DNA of 64,000 nucleotides from Eledone cirrhosa (taxonomy: Eukaryota): NCBI GenBank assembly GCA_964016885.1, contig OZ024743.1, positions 71,548,001 through 71,612,000 of the forward strand, in the 5' to 3' direction. Below the pieces are notes generated by a model. That model had not been told where the DNA came from and searched no databases. It was given only the letters and a program-made list of their open reading frames with translations. Positions 26,400-41,519 of the stretch are shown piece by piece. Position numbers and translations under genes: made by a program. How positions within the stretch are numbered: position 1 is the first letter of the stretch; each line of letters opens with the position of its first letter.

Positions 26400-26682
26400 G
26401 ATAAACTAAATAGCCTGCTCGTGAAATTACCGTGCCAGGGGTTGCTCAGTCTACATACTCGGGTACCATTAAAGTTGCGTTTTACGGTGATTCAGTATGA
26501 TGCGCTGTGTAACATGTCCGGTCCTTTGCATTACAGCTACAACTCATTTTTGCCAACTGTGTAAAACGAAGGAACGTGAAATAAAGGGTCTTACTGAAGG
26601 ACACATCACGTCACCGGGAATCGAACTCCTGATCATACGATCGGGAGCCAAATATTTTAACCAGCAAGCCACAATCCGTCAT
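26400..26682 (-). mobile_element. degenerate tRNA-derived SINE
   Basis: Minus strand GTGGCTTGCTGGTTAAA..GAGTTCGATTCCCGGTG..GTGTCCTTCAGTAAGACC. Confidence 0.55.
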
Positions 26683-26684
26683 AC

Positions 26685-26726
<42 letters not shown>

Positions 26727-27225
26727 TAGGGAAGCTACGCAGATGGTGGAAAGAGTGTTATGGTATCGGTCCCGTAAGTTTTTGATTTTTTACATATTTA
26801 AAACAATTGTGATAGAATAATTCTTATTACAAATGGAACATAAGATACCAGTATTAACTATCAGGAAGTGACAACGCATCACATTATGGCATAGGGCCCC
26901 AATATTTAATATTTAATTTTGTATCAGAAAATTTATAGTAAAAAACGAAAATGTTTACGAACAACAGCCAAATAATTTCCCCACCAACACCACCACCGCC
27001 ACCACCATCACCACTACCACAAAAAATCTAGCCAAGCTGCAGCAACACCATCACTATAGTACTACTATCCCATCACCACCGCCACCACTGCATCATCGCT
27101 ACCACCACTATTCCCCCACTACCTTCTGTTAAGAGAGAGATGGTAGTAGTGCCACTACACATGAATAAGCGAGGGAGGCATCAAAAGATATAAATAGACT
27201 GATTTAGTGACCCGGTCAAACAGCT

Positions 27226-27256
<31 letters not shown>

Positions 27257-27629
27257 CCAAAATAATTATTGTTGTTGTATCTCTAAACTCTAAACTCTCT
27301 CAAAATATTTAGTTTAAACGATGTCAAATCTAAACTATAATATAATAATAGTAATAAGCAACAAGTCGAAAGATTATAGAACAGAACACAGACAAACAAA
27401 TTTCAAAAGTTTTGAACGCAACAACCCTACTTCCCACGTAGCTAAAATCAAAAACAGCAGCAGCAGCAACAACAACAATAGTAACCGATGTTACTGGCCT
27501 TGAAAAACGAAAAACGTAAAGGAAAAAACAAACAAACAAACAAAAAAACTAAGTCAGACATTCAAACATTACAATGAAACTTATGTTTATTTTTTAAAGT
27601 TTTAATCTATTTATTTGTTTATTTATTTA

Positions 27630-30600
27630 TGACCGTCTACAACGTGATGGTGCCACGCTAAAATCACTGGGGGTGATGAAATCATCGGTGGTTATGTAAC
27701 CATACATTCACCAATCCTCGATATAAGTGTTTAAATGTCGAACCTAAACAGTTCGAATAACGGTGAAAAGGAGACTGGAACGCCATGTGACAGACTCTCA
27801 CCCAGCAAGTGCCCCCTGGCCCAGCAGCAGGGACCTGGCTGTCATCCAAATACTGCTGGTGTTGGAGGAAGAAGAAGGAAAGGGGCAAGAACCAACTGGG
27901 CAAAAGAATTGAATAGAACTGTCATGGAATGTTACCTGAAGAGTAACCCCAAGGAAAAAGGCTATAGGAAACGGATGCATAACATCTGGAACGAGATTGG
28001 ACTATTTAAATTAGATGAACAAAAATTGGCCGGGCAGGCTCGGGTAATAAGAACTAATGGATGGATAAGCGAGTTGGAACTGGAGGAACTGAGCAGAGAG
28101 ATTAGGTTGGAAATTTAGAGTGGAATATGACAGGCAAACGAGCCAGTGGGAAATGAAGGTGAAGAGGTTGAGAGAACGGAGGAAACATCCGAAGCAGACA
28201 ATGATCTGAATGCTGAAATAAATAACATCTGGAACAAAGATACGGCCATTGAGGAAATGAATGCTGAAGGGCTAGGACAAAATTTGGTTGATACCCTAAA
28301 AATAGTGGTAGATGAAATGAACAATGATAGTGGGAAACCTATGAACCTAAGATTTGTAGACAGGAAAAAGTTAAAAGAAACAACAGCTAAGGTAAACACA
28401 GTCATCCCATACCTTGAGGCGAGGAACCTTCACCAATGCAACAATATCCTCAAAGCAACAGCAAATGCGGTGAGGAAATTACTTGGCATAAAAACGTGAG
28501 GAAACAACAAGCAAGAAGGATCAGAACCTTGGTGGAAGAAACGACTGAATGGTCAAATCAAGGAAATGAGAAATGACATTGGAAAGCTTGAGTCCCTACT
28601 GAATGGGACACTAAAAAACATAGACACTAAAAATAGACTGGAAATAAAGTACAAATCTAGGAGGAAAAAGCTAAATATCATCATATAGGAACTGAAGCAA
28701 CGCACTGTAGCATACCTAATATTAGGTGGTATGAGACAGTACAAAATGAGATTAGTGAACAAGCACACCAACAAACTGTTTTGAGTATCACAGTTGAAAC
28801 TCTTAAAGGACAGGCCAAAAAACTAACCAACTGGAAATCACCAGGCCCAGATGGTGTGCAGAGGTATTGGATCAAAAATATAACATCCCTCCACCCGAAA
28901 CTGATAACGATGTTCAATGACTGCTTGATGTCGGGTGAGGTACCAGAGTGGTTGACAAAAGGTACCACAGTGGTTGACAAAAGGTACCACAGTTCTGGTA
29001 ATGAAAGACCGAATCAAGGGTAATGATGTTTCCAACTATAGACCTATCACATGTCTGTCCGTAATGTGGAAACTGTTAACAAGCATTGTGTCTGAGGAAA
29101 TCTACCATCACCTCCACATAAACAACTTGTTACCGGACGAACAGAAAGGATGCCGAAAGAAGTCCCGTGGTACAAAAGACCAGTTACTTATTGATAAGAT
29201 GGTAATGAGGAATTGCAAGAAGAGACACACTGGTCTTGCCATGGGATGGATAGATTACAAAAAGGCATTCGACATGGTACCTCATTCTTGGATAACCAAA
29301 AGCCTAGATATCTTCAAGGTGGCAGATAACATCAGACAGTTGTTGAGCAAAAGTATGAAGTCCTGGGAAACAGAATTAACATCGGGTGGAGAATCCTTGC
29401 GAGGCGTGAAAATCACGAGAGGTATCTTCCAGGGAGATAGTTTGTCCCCTCTGCTGTTCGTCCTTGCCCTGATACCCCCGACCATTATATTGCGAAAAGT
29501 GACAGCAGGATACAAGTTGGGAAAAGGAGAGCTTACCATCAACCACCTCCTCTTTATGGACGATCTTAAAATCTTTTGGAAGAGTGAGAAGGAAATGGAT
29601 GTACTTGTTGACACTGTCCGTATTTTCAGCAAGGATATATGTATGGAATTTGGTATTAATAAGTGTGGTGTCCTAGTGATGAAGAGGGGTAAATTGAGCA
29701 GAAGCAACGGAATCTAAGTACCAACATGTGAGATGATAAAGGAAATTGACACTGAAGAGGGATACAAATATTTAGGTGTTCTTGAGGCAGATGACATCAA
29801 GAACAAAAAAAAAGGAAGGAAATGATAAGATGTGAGTACATAAGTAGAGTAAGGAGCGTATTAAAATCACATCTAAATAGTTGGAATGTCATAAGTGCAG
29901 TGAATTCCCTAGCTGTGTCTATTATTAGGTACAGTGCGGGAATTCTGAAATGGAATGTTGCTGAACAAAAAGAAATGGATAGGAATATTAGGAAGCTATT
30001 GACTATCTACAACATGTCCCACAAGAGGAGTGATGTCGATAGACTCTACTTAAAGAGATCTAAAGGTGGAAGAGGTGTTATCAGCATAGAGGACTGTGTT
30101 CAGATGGAGAAAAACAACCTGCACAAATACGTGACTGACAGTAGGGAACCATTGCTCAAAATTGTACTGAAGGAGAAGACAATAGACCAGGGGATGTCCA
30201 AGGAGGAAATAACAACAAAGAGAAAGAGCAACCTTCATGAAAAATCCCTTCATAATACCTTCTTTGAGAAAACTGAATTTAGAGATCCACAGACATGGAA
30301 CTGTTTTTAAGGAGGAGACCTTAAAAAAGCTACAGAAGAAATGCTAATAGCTGCGCAAGAGCAAGCCCTCAAAACGAAGTGGGTGAAACACCATATTGAC
30401 AAGTAGGAGGCTAGCTCACCGTGTAGGAGAGAGAGAGGAGACTGTGGCTCACATTGTATCCGACTGTAAACACCTTGCCCAGACTCACTATAAAGGCTGG
30501 AGACATGATGTGATGGGCAGGGTGATCGACTGGCACCTATGCAAAGTAAACAATTTACCACATCCTGAGAAGTGGTATGAGCATAAGCCAGAGTCGGTGA

Positions 30601-31063
30601 TAGAAAACGATCAGGTGAAGGTGCTATGGGATTTTAGGATACAGACGGACAAGAAACTGGAACACAATATGCCTGACCTGGTGGTTTTGAACCAGGGAAA
30701 AAGAACGTGCCTGATTGTAGATGTAGCCTGCCCATTTGACACGAGAGTGCAAGAAAAGGAGAGGGAGAAAATTAACCGATACCAGGACTTAAAGTGGGAG
30801 GTAAAAAGGATTTGGAACTTCCATGAAATCAAGGTCGTCCCGATTGTCATAGGCGCACTAGATACTATCTCAAAGAGTTTCCAAAGATGGTTAAAGAAGA
30901 TTAGTCCAGCCCCGCTTTTTGGAACACTTCAAAAGGCATGATTGCTGGGAACAGCAAGAACCCTCCGATACGTCCTGAATATCTGAGACTGCAGGTAGCG
31001 GCTTGATATTCATTTCAACAAACTTTCCAGTTAAATAACATCAATGACAGAGACTCAAAGAAC

Positions 31064-31112
<49 letters not shown>
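27630..31112 (+). pseudogene. degraded R4/Dong-like RLE non-LTR retrotransposon with an (AAT)n tail
   Basis: WKSPGPDG, YRPITCL, WIDYKKAFDMVPHSW, GIFQGDSLSPLLF, LLFMDDLK, ETVAHIVSDC, PDLVV..DVACP; 22-bp duplication near 28948-28991; ends in (AAT)n at 31064-31112. Confidence 0.9.
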
Positions 31113-31113
<1 letters not shown>

Positions 31114-31114
31114 G

Positions 31115-31745
31115 GGTTTCTGATTTAGGCACAAGGCCAGCAATTTTGGGGGAGGACAGAGTTGATTAAATTGAATCCAGTGCATTACTTGTACTTTATT
31201 TTATCGACCCCATAAGGATGAAAGGTAAAGCTAACCTTGGCGGGATTAAAACTCAGAATGCAAAGGGACGTAACTATATGCTATATATCATGGTGTCCTG
31301 ACACTCAAATATAATAATTGTTTCTACTTTTGACACAAGGCCAGCAATTATCCCAATGCATTACTGGTGTTTTATTTTATCGATCCCGTAAGGATGAAAG
31401 GCAAAGTTAAACTCTGTGCTGCAAAGCATGGCGTCCGACTCTCTACCGATACTTCCAAACCACCGCCCAGATATAATAATGGTTTCTTATATAGGCACAT
31501 GGCAAGCAAATCTGGGGTAGGGCAAAGTCGATTAAATCGACTCCAGTGCGTGAGTGGTACTTTATTTTATCAACCCCGTATGGATGAAAGCAAAATTAAC
31601 CTCGGCGGGATTTGAACTTAGATCATAAATGGCCGTAACTCTATGCTGCAAATATGGCGTCCGACTCTCTACCGATACTGCCAAACCACCGCCCAAATGT
31701 AATAATAAACCCCAAATCGACCTCAGTAACATTTGAACTCTGAAC
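31115..31745 (-). mobile_element. cluster of 3-4 tandem family A SINE copies and fragments
   Basis: Repeated AAGGATGAAAGG..AAAGTTAACCT and GATACTGCCAAACCACCGCCC motifs. Confidence 0.8.
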
Positions 31746-31896
31746 ATAAAGATTCGGAACAGATAGAACCCGGCATTCTAACACACAAATATAATAAAAC
31801 TAAAGGAAAAATAATAAAACCAAAGAAGAAATCCATTGAAAGTCTGTAATTAAATTTTAACTATTTCTAAAATTCGTTTCGTTTTCTCTTTTTCAG

Positions 31897-32001
31897 ATCG
31901 ATAAAGACGGTTGTACTGGACATTTGTCCTTTCAACAAAACCAAGTTCGCAAAGAAGACTTTCTCCAGCTCATTATTCTTGGTGGTATGCACAATGGCTC
32001 G
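31897..32001 (+). CDS. iGluR internal exon (amino-terminal domain)
   Basis: Pyrimidine-rich TTTTCAG acceptor, GTAATG donor, 105 bp, phase 0/0; IDKDGCTGHLSFQQNQVRKEDFLQLIILGGMHNGS resembles the ATD G(L)TG.I.F..G.R motif and joins in frame to 55415. Confidence 0.75.
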
Positions 32002-32336
32002 GTAATGTCGTTTTAAAAGAATATCAAATTGTTATGTAGTTATTTCCTCTGCCAATTCATTAACCATTTTATTCCTTATCTTATTTCTATTTCTCTCCTT
32101 CCGGATATATATATATATATATAGGTGAGATGTTGCTGTTTCATATCAGTACGAACATTTTTTCAACTTACTAGTCCGTAATTACGAAAAAGTACAATGT
32201 AAATATAAGTACTTTCTACGTTACATTTAACATTCTAACGTTTGAAGAATTGTATTTAGATTGGCATATTTTACATGACTTAATCTACTGATGGGGCTAT
32301 CAATTTAGACATGGCCTGGGCAAACACTGATCGAAA

Positions 32337-32372
<36 letters not shown>

Positions 32373-32500
32373 GATATAGAAGTCAAAAGCTTAGAATTTA
32401 CCTCGTTTAATCATTACGCAATCAACGATAACTGTTATGTAACAGTTACGACCTCATCAAACAGCTATTAAGTGTACAGAAAGCTACAGAAAGTTACAGA

Positions 32501-32680
32501 AAGTTCATGAATAAAAACAAGATGATAGGAAGAAAATATAATTACTCATGTTGGTTCCATTTGTTGATATGCTGTAGGGCTTTGAAGGAGTAACATCAAT
32601 AAACATATCAACGAATGGAAACAGTATGAGTGTTTATTATTTTTCTTCATGTCATCTCAGTTTTATTCATGTAAACTTTT
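32501..32680. repeat. imperfect fold-back palindrome
   Basis: AAGTTCATGAATAAAA...TTTTATTCATGTAAACTT with paired CCATTTGTTGATATG / CATATCAACGAATGG. Confidence 0.7.
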
Positions 32681-32889
32681 CTTCACTTAATAGTTGTCTG
32701 CTGATGTCATAAGAGTTATCTTCAAAATACGTATAACAGCGATTGTGTACCGAATAAATGAGGTAGATTCTAACCTATTCACTTCTACTTCATTATTATT
32801 TCTATTCTCCGGAGTATACAGGCATACATGTATACTTCATAGAGTGTTCTGTTCTGCGTACATGTGTGTACATATGTATATGTACACAC

Positions 32890-32959
<70 letters not shown>

Positions 32960-35067
32960 CTATAATGCATGTAATACTAAACACGTCTGTTGCAGATGCT
33001 AACATTTTTAATCACTTCTTTATTATTACACCTTTCAGTCAGGTAATAGAAGTCGACTGGTGGTGTTCAACATTTCTATGGCGATTTACTTGATTCACCT
33101 ATACCCCTATGCCCACAAACACGCGCGCACACACACATATAAACACACATACACACTCAAACACTCACACAAATATATGTTCATTGTTTGTTTTGTGTGT
33201 TTTAGTTTGTATTAACACAAGTAGCTCAGATTTTAGCATAATTTAAAACCCTCCTCATCGGACGATATATATAGACTTCTGTGAAAATAGGACAGTTAAT
33301 TTAAGGGGTCAAATATATCGTAGAGTATTATGTGCAAACATTGGAAATGAAAACAAGGCCATATATGGACATAGGTAATCCCTGATTGTGCAAAGTAATA
33401 AAAGTCTATTTCGTGCCCACTAGTTAGAGTTTATCCCTGTTGAGCAACTGAGGGTACTAGATTACTTTCTGAACATAGCATCATTCTGTATTGCTGACAC
33501 TAGCCTTCTCAACAGTGTGGTTCAGTGTAACCTGAAATGCAGTGTGTTGTTCGAGGAGTGACCGTACGACCCGCTCTAGTAATTGACCCCATGATCTTAT
33601 GATCGCGAGCTTAACACTCAAGCCTTAGCCAACCCGTTTTCAATATTTCAGGACTATGAAGCATATATTATAAAGCTGAGTATACAGTTTCTTAAGACTA
33701 TGAAGAAATACGTTCTAGATTGGACCAAACATTTTTTAGGCGTATTTAGTAAAATATTCAAAATATTTTTCCTTTTTAAAGTCTGATGGTTGAAACAGTA
33801 GAAAATTTGGTTGATATTTCTAGCAGCTCAAGTAGCCACGTTGAGACCCTCTCGTTAACTCGTAAAGTTCATCGTATTTTCTGCAGGAGAGAGAGAGTAG
33901 AAACCACTGGAGTACTTTTCACTGTTGGGAACATTTGAAGAAATAAATTCATACGTATTCAATTCTGAATAGAATAATGTTTATAGTTGCAATGAATGAT
34001 TACATACACCACAGCAACACTTCAGCATGTTTTCCTAATTGTTTTGCTTATTGTAATCTTTACTACACCTATTCTATTACATATCTTTTGAAGATAATAT
34101 TACAAAACCTCCATGTAAACAAACTAAATTCTATAATAAGGTATTCTAATGCACGTAATGTTATATTTAGGCATATTTCAATTTATCTGTGTTAATCCTA
34201 CAGAATGCAATTTTTTAAGATCAATTGACAGACTGGTTTAAAAATAATATGAATAATATTGTAAACTTATTGATGTGTTTTAAGCGATTATGTGTGATAT
34301 TTAAATATGTTCAACCTAAAACGTTTGTTTATGGAGAGAGATGTGATTGCGTTTTGGTATTGTCTCTTTGAATACATCTTATCTATCCTTTCCTGTGAGC
34401 TAATTCTGCATGGTTATGTCTCAGATACTCTATCGTCTGATTCGCATATATGTTTAACAAGTGTCTCATAATAGCCTACGGATCTCAGCAATGAAACATT
34501 GCGTGAGCAACACTTGGTTTTCGTTTTACTTTGTTTTCTTCTCGTTTTGTTTTCCAACCAGCCATTATCGTCCGATGAAATAGAAAATAGTTACTCGTAC
34601 TTCTCCCAGCGATATGTGTCACCACTACATTCGATGTACAGTGTAACAGATGCTACACATGGGTATGTTATTTGATCATCTTTATGCTTAGCCTAGGAAT
34701 CTCTTTCTATCGCCGCAAGTGAAATCCTTTACCTATGAACTGGAAAGGCAGCATTGTAGTAATTATAGATGGTCTTTTATATAATAAATTCAACTGATTC
34801 TACTCACCAATTTACACAATCATAATAAATTTCAATATGGATGTGGATTTAAACGGATATATATACATATATATATATATGTATATATATATATTCCAGT
34901 TTTATTTCCTATATGAGGAGCCAACCACCAGATTGGGGAATCTCCAGTTTAACAGGCCACTGGACTGGATCGGCTTACAACACAGAACATAGAAATCCTA
35001 ATTTATGTACATTATTTAGTCAAAAAATGCATGCATTTACATTGGACGTGAGTATATACTAGGAACG

Positions 35068-35125
<58 letters not shown>

Positions 35126-35304
35126 TCTTACGCACGTTTCCATAATTGAAATAAAGATACGGGTTGTTAAAGATTCTCAGTTAAGTAAGATTCCAATATA
35201 TGGAAGAAAATCCACATTTTAGTTATCCGGCATCGACCGAAACAAAAATCATTTAAACTTATTAATTCAATTTCATTTGTTTCACCCAAGAAGTTTTAAA
35301 ATAT

Positions 35305-35497
35305 ATAATTGTTTCTACATTTGGCACAAGGCCAGCAATAATCCCAGTGTAATACTGGTACTTTATTTTATCGACGCCGTAAGGATGAAAGCAAAGTTAA
35401 CCTCGGCGGGATTTGAAATCAGAATGGCAAGGGCCGTAACTCCATGCGACAAAGCATGATGTACGACCCTCTGCCGATACCGCCAATCCACCGCCAT
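35305..35497 (-). mobile_element. family A SINE
   Basis: Reverse complement of the head, B-box and core. Confidence 0.8.
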
Positions 35498-35953
35498 TAA
35501 AAATATATAATACATACATAAGTTTAGGATAGAGGCTTTGTGATATTCTCACATTTTCACGTTAGAAGACTTGCATCTGCTATTTGCTACATTTGTTAAA
35601 CGACACGGATGAAAAAAATAAAATGTCCGGACATAATTTTTCTTTGCCTATGCTGGATAAATAATATATGGAATTTCTTCATTATACTGGCATCTTTGAT
35701 TAACCGTACCTTTACATTTTATTTCGTTTGGGGAAATGGAACTAAAACAAATAAATATCTATATTCCGTTTGAGCTCTTGAACTTTATATATATATATAT
35801 ATATATAAATATACATATATATATATATATATATTGTCCCCCACCAACACCCCACTCTCCAGAGCGTGAAATTAATAAACATTCGTTGTACTGCCTCTCT
35901 GTTTTGTCCCTGTTCAAATTTTTCCATTATATATATATATATATATATATATG

Positions 35954-36262
<309 letters not shown>

Positions 36263-36449
36263 GTATATTTATATACAAATATATATTCAGTTGTATCATC
36301 AACTGTTATAATCTACGTTATATACACATATATATATAGGAAAAGAGCCAGGACCCTGACTCATTTCCTATTATCCACTCTAGTATCCTAAGTATCGAGT
36401 ACGTACGCTAGTTATGGTCCACCTGCTTCCTTACCACAGTTTCTTTATA

Positions 36450-36761
<312 letters not shown>

Positions 36762-39176
36762 TATTATCCCGAAAGCAAACTTTATATATGCAGATGAATT
36801 AACGAAATCACTAGAAGGAACTGTCAATTTGTCTGCGTCTTGCCAGCAGACTATATTCAAATATATTGCATTACAATATTATTTCCTAATGCTAGGCTCT
36901 TTCGTGGCTTCCTCGTACGTTGGAGAAACGTGATATTTCTACCTGCCGGAAGTTTTCAAGATCGCTTTGATAAATCCTTCTCTGGTGTCGTTAACATCTG
37001 TTATCAGCAGCCTTTAATCAGAGTGGCGCGTTCCCCATCAATCCTCTGGGATATCAATTTCAAATATATGATCAAAATCGCAGAAATCAAATAAATGATT
37101 GAGCCAGAGAAGGAGACTAAACTACACCAAATGTTTATAAACCACTCAGAAATATTCTAAAAACAACCAAACCAAATACGACATATGTCTTAAAAATCAA
37201 TAAATAATTAAACCTAAGTTGCAAAAATATGAATTTCTAAAATTATATTTTTATAACTTTTATCAGCACAGATTCGTATTCCATAGGAACTAATGCATTA
37301 GCAAGCGCTTGTATGTGTAAGAGACAGGGAAAGAGAGAGTTTGTCCCATATTTACCCCTGCTATTTGTGGTTCTATCTCAGGAGTCTAACGAATAGGGTA
37401 GTTTTGCCAGCTTATTTTATGTAACACGTTGCTAGTGCCAAGTGGAAAACATAATCTGAAGTTCGGTTTAACATTACCAACTGGATCTTTCATGCATTCA
37501 ATGTGTTGCAAGCATTCCTACAAGGTATTTGTTCTGAGGATACCATTTTTCTTTCTTTATTAGTTCTCACTGTACTTTTGTCGACCTTCACTCAAGATAT
37601 ATTGAGACTGATCCGACCAGTACATTTACAATATCGCAAAGAGAGGTCTCCTAACCACAGCGATCAATGTTCCAAGCAGCACATCCCCAACATCGCAAAC
37701 AGAGGCCACTCATCCACGGTGCTCACATTCATCAGATGCAGATGTTGTCACAATTCTATCAGCCGATACTATATATGCAAGAACCAGATAGTCGCGCATT
37801 TTTCTTGGGTCAAGGTGGTCTTGAAAATGACAATGGCAATAGCCCTTTCTCCACTAACTAAGCCACTAAAAAGAAGCACAAAGATGAATAGATACCCACC
37901 ACCACATAATCTTTAGCCTTTGCACTATGTTAGAAATCAATATATATCACGAGCAACGGTATAAGTTCATGACTAACAGTCACGGTACGATGGATTAGGT
38001 GACAACTGGGAACTACTCCGTAAGCTTACGCTACTGGATTTAAATTCGCAGCGTATCAAATAAGAACAAAAGAAATTCAATCTCGTAAGTGCTCCCTTAC
38101 ATCACTGAGTTTCCTAATCAAAAACATACTTTATTTTAGAGAATATTCTTCCTTACACTGAATATCAAATATTCATCACTATTGGGATCGGTTGTCTCTC
38201 CCTCTTTCTCTCTCTCCTTACTTACATTTATAAATACTGCATGAACTAATAAGGTTGCATTGAAAAGGTTGATTATATCGGACACGGAGCTAACTCTTTC
38301 TGTAACAGACTTGCATGTTTTGCAGTAGAGAAATCCTGATGCTACACTTTACTTCCTCTATTGTCTTTCAAAATCTCTTTGAATCAAGGCAGATGTTTCA
38401 TGTTTTCATCTTAACTACTCAATACATATTTTATTCTTTATTTTAGTTTTAATGATACGGATTAGTGTGGCGGTTTTTTGTGGTAAGCTCCCAACAAACA
38501 GAGCACGTAATCAGGATTTAGTTTCGTGGCTGTAGCAATTTTCGTTGAATTACGCCACTAACAGTACAGTTAAAAGCATGAAAAATTCACAATCTAATTT
38601 TCATTTCCACATCAGTCTGTGCTATTACTTTATTTGTGTTTTAATTTTTCAGATCATTATATTTTATGAAACATTATTTTTTTCTGATTAAATCATTGAG
38701 AATGAAGTGGTGTACAAAATAATGCTGTAATATGACATGTATCGAAGATCGAAGATTACATGTGATCGGAAATGGTGCACGGAGTCGCATATTTAAAAAA
38801 CAAAAAAATAAAAAATATTATGTACTGGAATATTGCAAAAAGAATTTGTGTAGTAAATTGTTGAATCATAGTCAATGTTTTAGAAATCTGATATACGTTT
38901 GTGATATGCTGTAGTAAAATATGGAACTGATTTATGTGAGAATAACAGTAAGTTGTTGGAGATAAAATGGAAAAATAACCAGAATAGTAGCAGCAATAAT
39001 AATATTAAGTAATATTAATCATAACAACAACAGTAGTAGAAATAAGGAGTAGTACAAAACATTTTGATAGACACAGACAAGTGCAGCATATACATATATA
39101 TATATATATATATACACTGAGGTAAAGTATATGTAAGTGCATACTCACACAGACACACACAAACATATATTTACGC

Positions 39177-39223
<47 letters not shown>

Positions 39224-39269
39224 ATTAAATAAATGGAAAACTATATTTATAAAACCATATTTATTTCAT

Positions 39270-39322
39270 TATATATATTTCGAGGATATCATATTAACAA
39301 TATGCTATGCCTTCATCAGACA
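39270..39322 (-). ncRNA. type I hammerhead motif in a TA-flanked PLE pLTR
   Basis: Minus strand CTGATGA-AGGCATAGCATATT(GTT)AATATGATATCCT-CGAAATATATA. Confidence 0.6.
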
Positions 39323-39406
39323 AAATACAATATAAACAGTTTTATAGATAGTTATATCAGTTATAAATATTTACTAGTTGTAACCCAACAATTTTAAATA
39401 TAACTT

Positions 39407-39471
<65 letters not shown>

Positions 39472-39874
39472 GAGTATGCACTTGCATACATACATACACA
39501 CACATACATACACTGACATACAAACAAACACACACACGCACACACATATATATATAGGAATTATATTTAGAACGCAACGAGCGGATTTTATTACAATTGA
39601 AATAGAAGCTATGCCATAATATATTTGCTATCATATAGTTAAATAATGGGGCGCAAAAACCGACTGACGCCCCATTATTAGATTATATTATAGTCAAATG
39701 TATTACGGCGAAGCTACTGGTTATATTTCAATTCTAAAATTATATAGACAGATATACCTACACATACTTATATGTACATGGTTTACTGTTGGGTTTTCAA
39801 TACCCTTGACATGTGCGCCCCCCTTATTTGAACACACGCACACACACACATATATATATGTGTGTGTGTGTGTT

Positions 39875-39931
<57 letters not shown>

Positions 39932-40130
39932 GTAGGAGGTGAGTTTTATTGTAGTACAATATGTTGATTTAAAACTGCACTATCCACAAGTGTTTTTTAA
40001 CCTTCATATCATGTCTTCCTGTTTTATCTGATGAAAACACAAATATTATTGCATGATGATATTTGTTTTTGAAATGCGCATAATAAAATACATGGAACTC
40101 TTTTAACCATCTTTTGTTCTTGTATATTAT
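39932..40130 (+). mobile_element. solo pLTR of Penelope family A with an intact hammerhead at 40022-40088
   Basis: TTTTAT-CTGATGA-long helix II-GAAAT-GCGC-ATA-ATAAAA with a 6-bp helix I and palindromic ATGCGCAT helix III; reverse copies at 45766-45932 and 51256-51453. Confidence 0.85.
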
Positions 40131-40147
40131 ATTTATATATATATATT

Positions 40148-40180
<33 letters not shown>

Positions 40181-40204
40181 ATTTACATATATATATATAT
40201 GTGT

Positions 40205-40255
<51 letters not shown>

Positions 40256-40256
40256 A

Positions 40257-40327
<71 letters not shown>

Positions 40328-40328
40328 A

Positions 40329-40363
<35 letters not shown>

Positions 40364-40384
40364 CAAACACACACATATATATAC

Positions 40385-40541
40385 ATGGACATACTAGAAG
40401 AGGAAGACCAAGGTTAACGTATGTTGATGCTCTAAGGACAGACGCTGGTCTGTTGGAGATGCAGGACATGGCAGCGATAATGAGGGACAGAGACCGCGGG
40501 AGAGAACTCGTCCATGGATCTCGGGAATTTTACCCGCCTTA
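40385..40541 (+). mobile_element. 3'-terminal fragment of an RTE/RTE-X LINE
   Basis: Encodes [14 protein letters not shown]..., the typical RTE C-terminal motif; followed by (GATA)n. Confidence 0.6.
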
Positions 40542-40559
40542 GATAGATAGATATATATT

Positions 40560-40596
<37 letters not shown>

Positions 40597-40628
40597 ATTT
40601 ATATATATATATATATATTGACTTTGTT

Positions 40629-40679
40629 AGTTTCAGAAGATCCCATTAAGGGTGAAAGCAGCGATTCTTTGCTTAAACT
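40629..40679 (+). ncRNA. type I hammerhead motif (U4A variant)
   Basis: AGTTT-CAGAAGA-TCCC ATTAA GGGT-GAAAGCA..TGCTT-AAACT: helices I (AGTTT/AAACT), II and III all pair. Confidence 0.6.
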
Positions 40680-40898
40680 TTAATCTGTTATTTTAATAAA
40701 TATTTGCTCTACGGTTCTTATATATTTGATATATATTTTCCTTATCGAGCCCTCTTTGGATTTTAGTCTTCAATTTTATTATTATTACTATTCAAATATA
40801 TATATATATGTAAAAGGAAAAAACAGAAATAACAAAAACAACAACAAAAACAGCACAGTACATGGAAGGAATATGCTAGTGAAATACTTGAAATAGCA

Positions 40899-40935
40899 AG
40901 TTAAGGTTTCGGACGCCAGTCCTTCGTCAGAAGAA
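40899..40935 (-). ncRNA. minimal type I hammerhead motif in a PLE pLTR (about 40810-41020)
   Basis: Minus strand CTGACGA-A-GGAC TGGC GTCC-GAAACCTTA. Confidence 0.7.
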
Positions 40936-41116
40936 AGAATGAGAAATTAAAGAAGAAATAGAAAGATTGTGGAGACGGTCAGGGTGGAAACGGAAAAAGA
41001 AACTTTAGAGAAAAATAATAGGTCCATTCATGTTGCCATCTGTTGGAAGACTGTGTTACTCATATCTGTATACAGAATACAGAAAGTAATAGAAAACTAC
41101 GATATTATATTATTAA

Positions 41117-41272
41117 TGGCTGTGGATTGGCAGTATCGATAGAAGGTTGGACGCCATGCTTTGCAGCATAGACTTACGACCCTTTCCAGTCTGAGTTCAC
41201 ATGCCACCGAGGTTAACTTTGCCTTTCAGCCTTACGGGGGTCGATAAAATAAAGTACCAGTAATGCACTGGT
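41117..41272 (+). mobile_element. family A SINE
   Basis: GGCTGTGGATTGGCAGTATCGATAGAAGG head, B-box and core. Confidence 0.8.
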
Positions 41273-41519
41273 TAATTATATTATTAATAGTGTAATATCG
41301 AGTATATTACGGAAAATTCCCCGTGTGCGAGTAGAGGGGCACACATTTACACGTAAACATATATATCATTAAATATATATATATATCATAAAACATTCGA
41401 AGTTGTGTGTGTTTGTGACCACATAGCATTCAGGTTTCGGCAAATTTCATATAAGTATTGCACTTAAGTATTAAAGTGTATATATATATGTATATATATA
41501 TGTATATATATATATATAC

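Noticed and set aside
37503-38025. Higher-complexity stretch with a 137-aa ORF and a GTAAGC donor-like site
   Set aside because: No iGluR or transposon motif in any frame I could read; the 32001 to 55415 junction is already in frame without it
39644-39680. Small hairpin TAATGGGGCG...CGCCCCATTA
   Set aside because: Only a ~10-12 bp stem with no hammerhead core or second copy in the window; cannot be assigned
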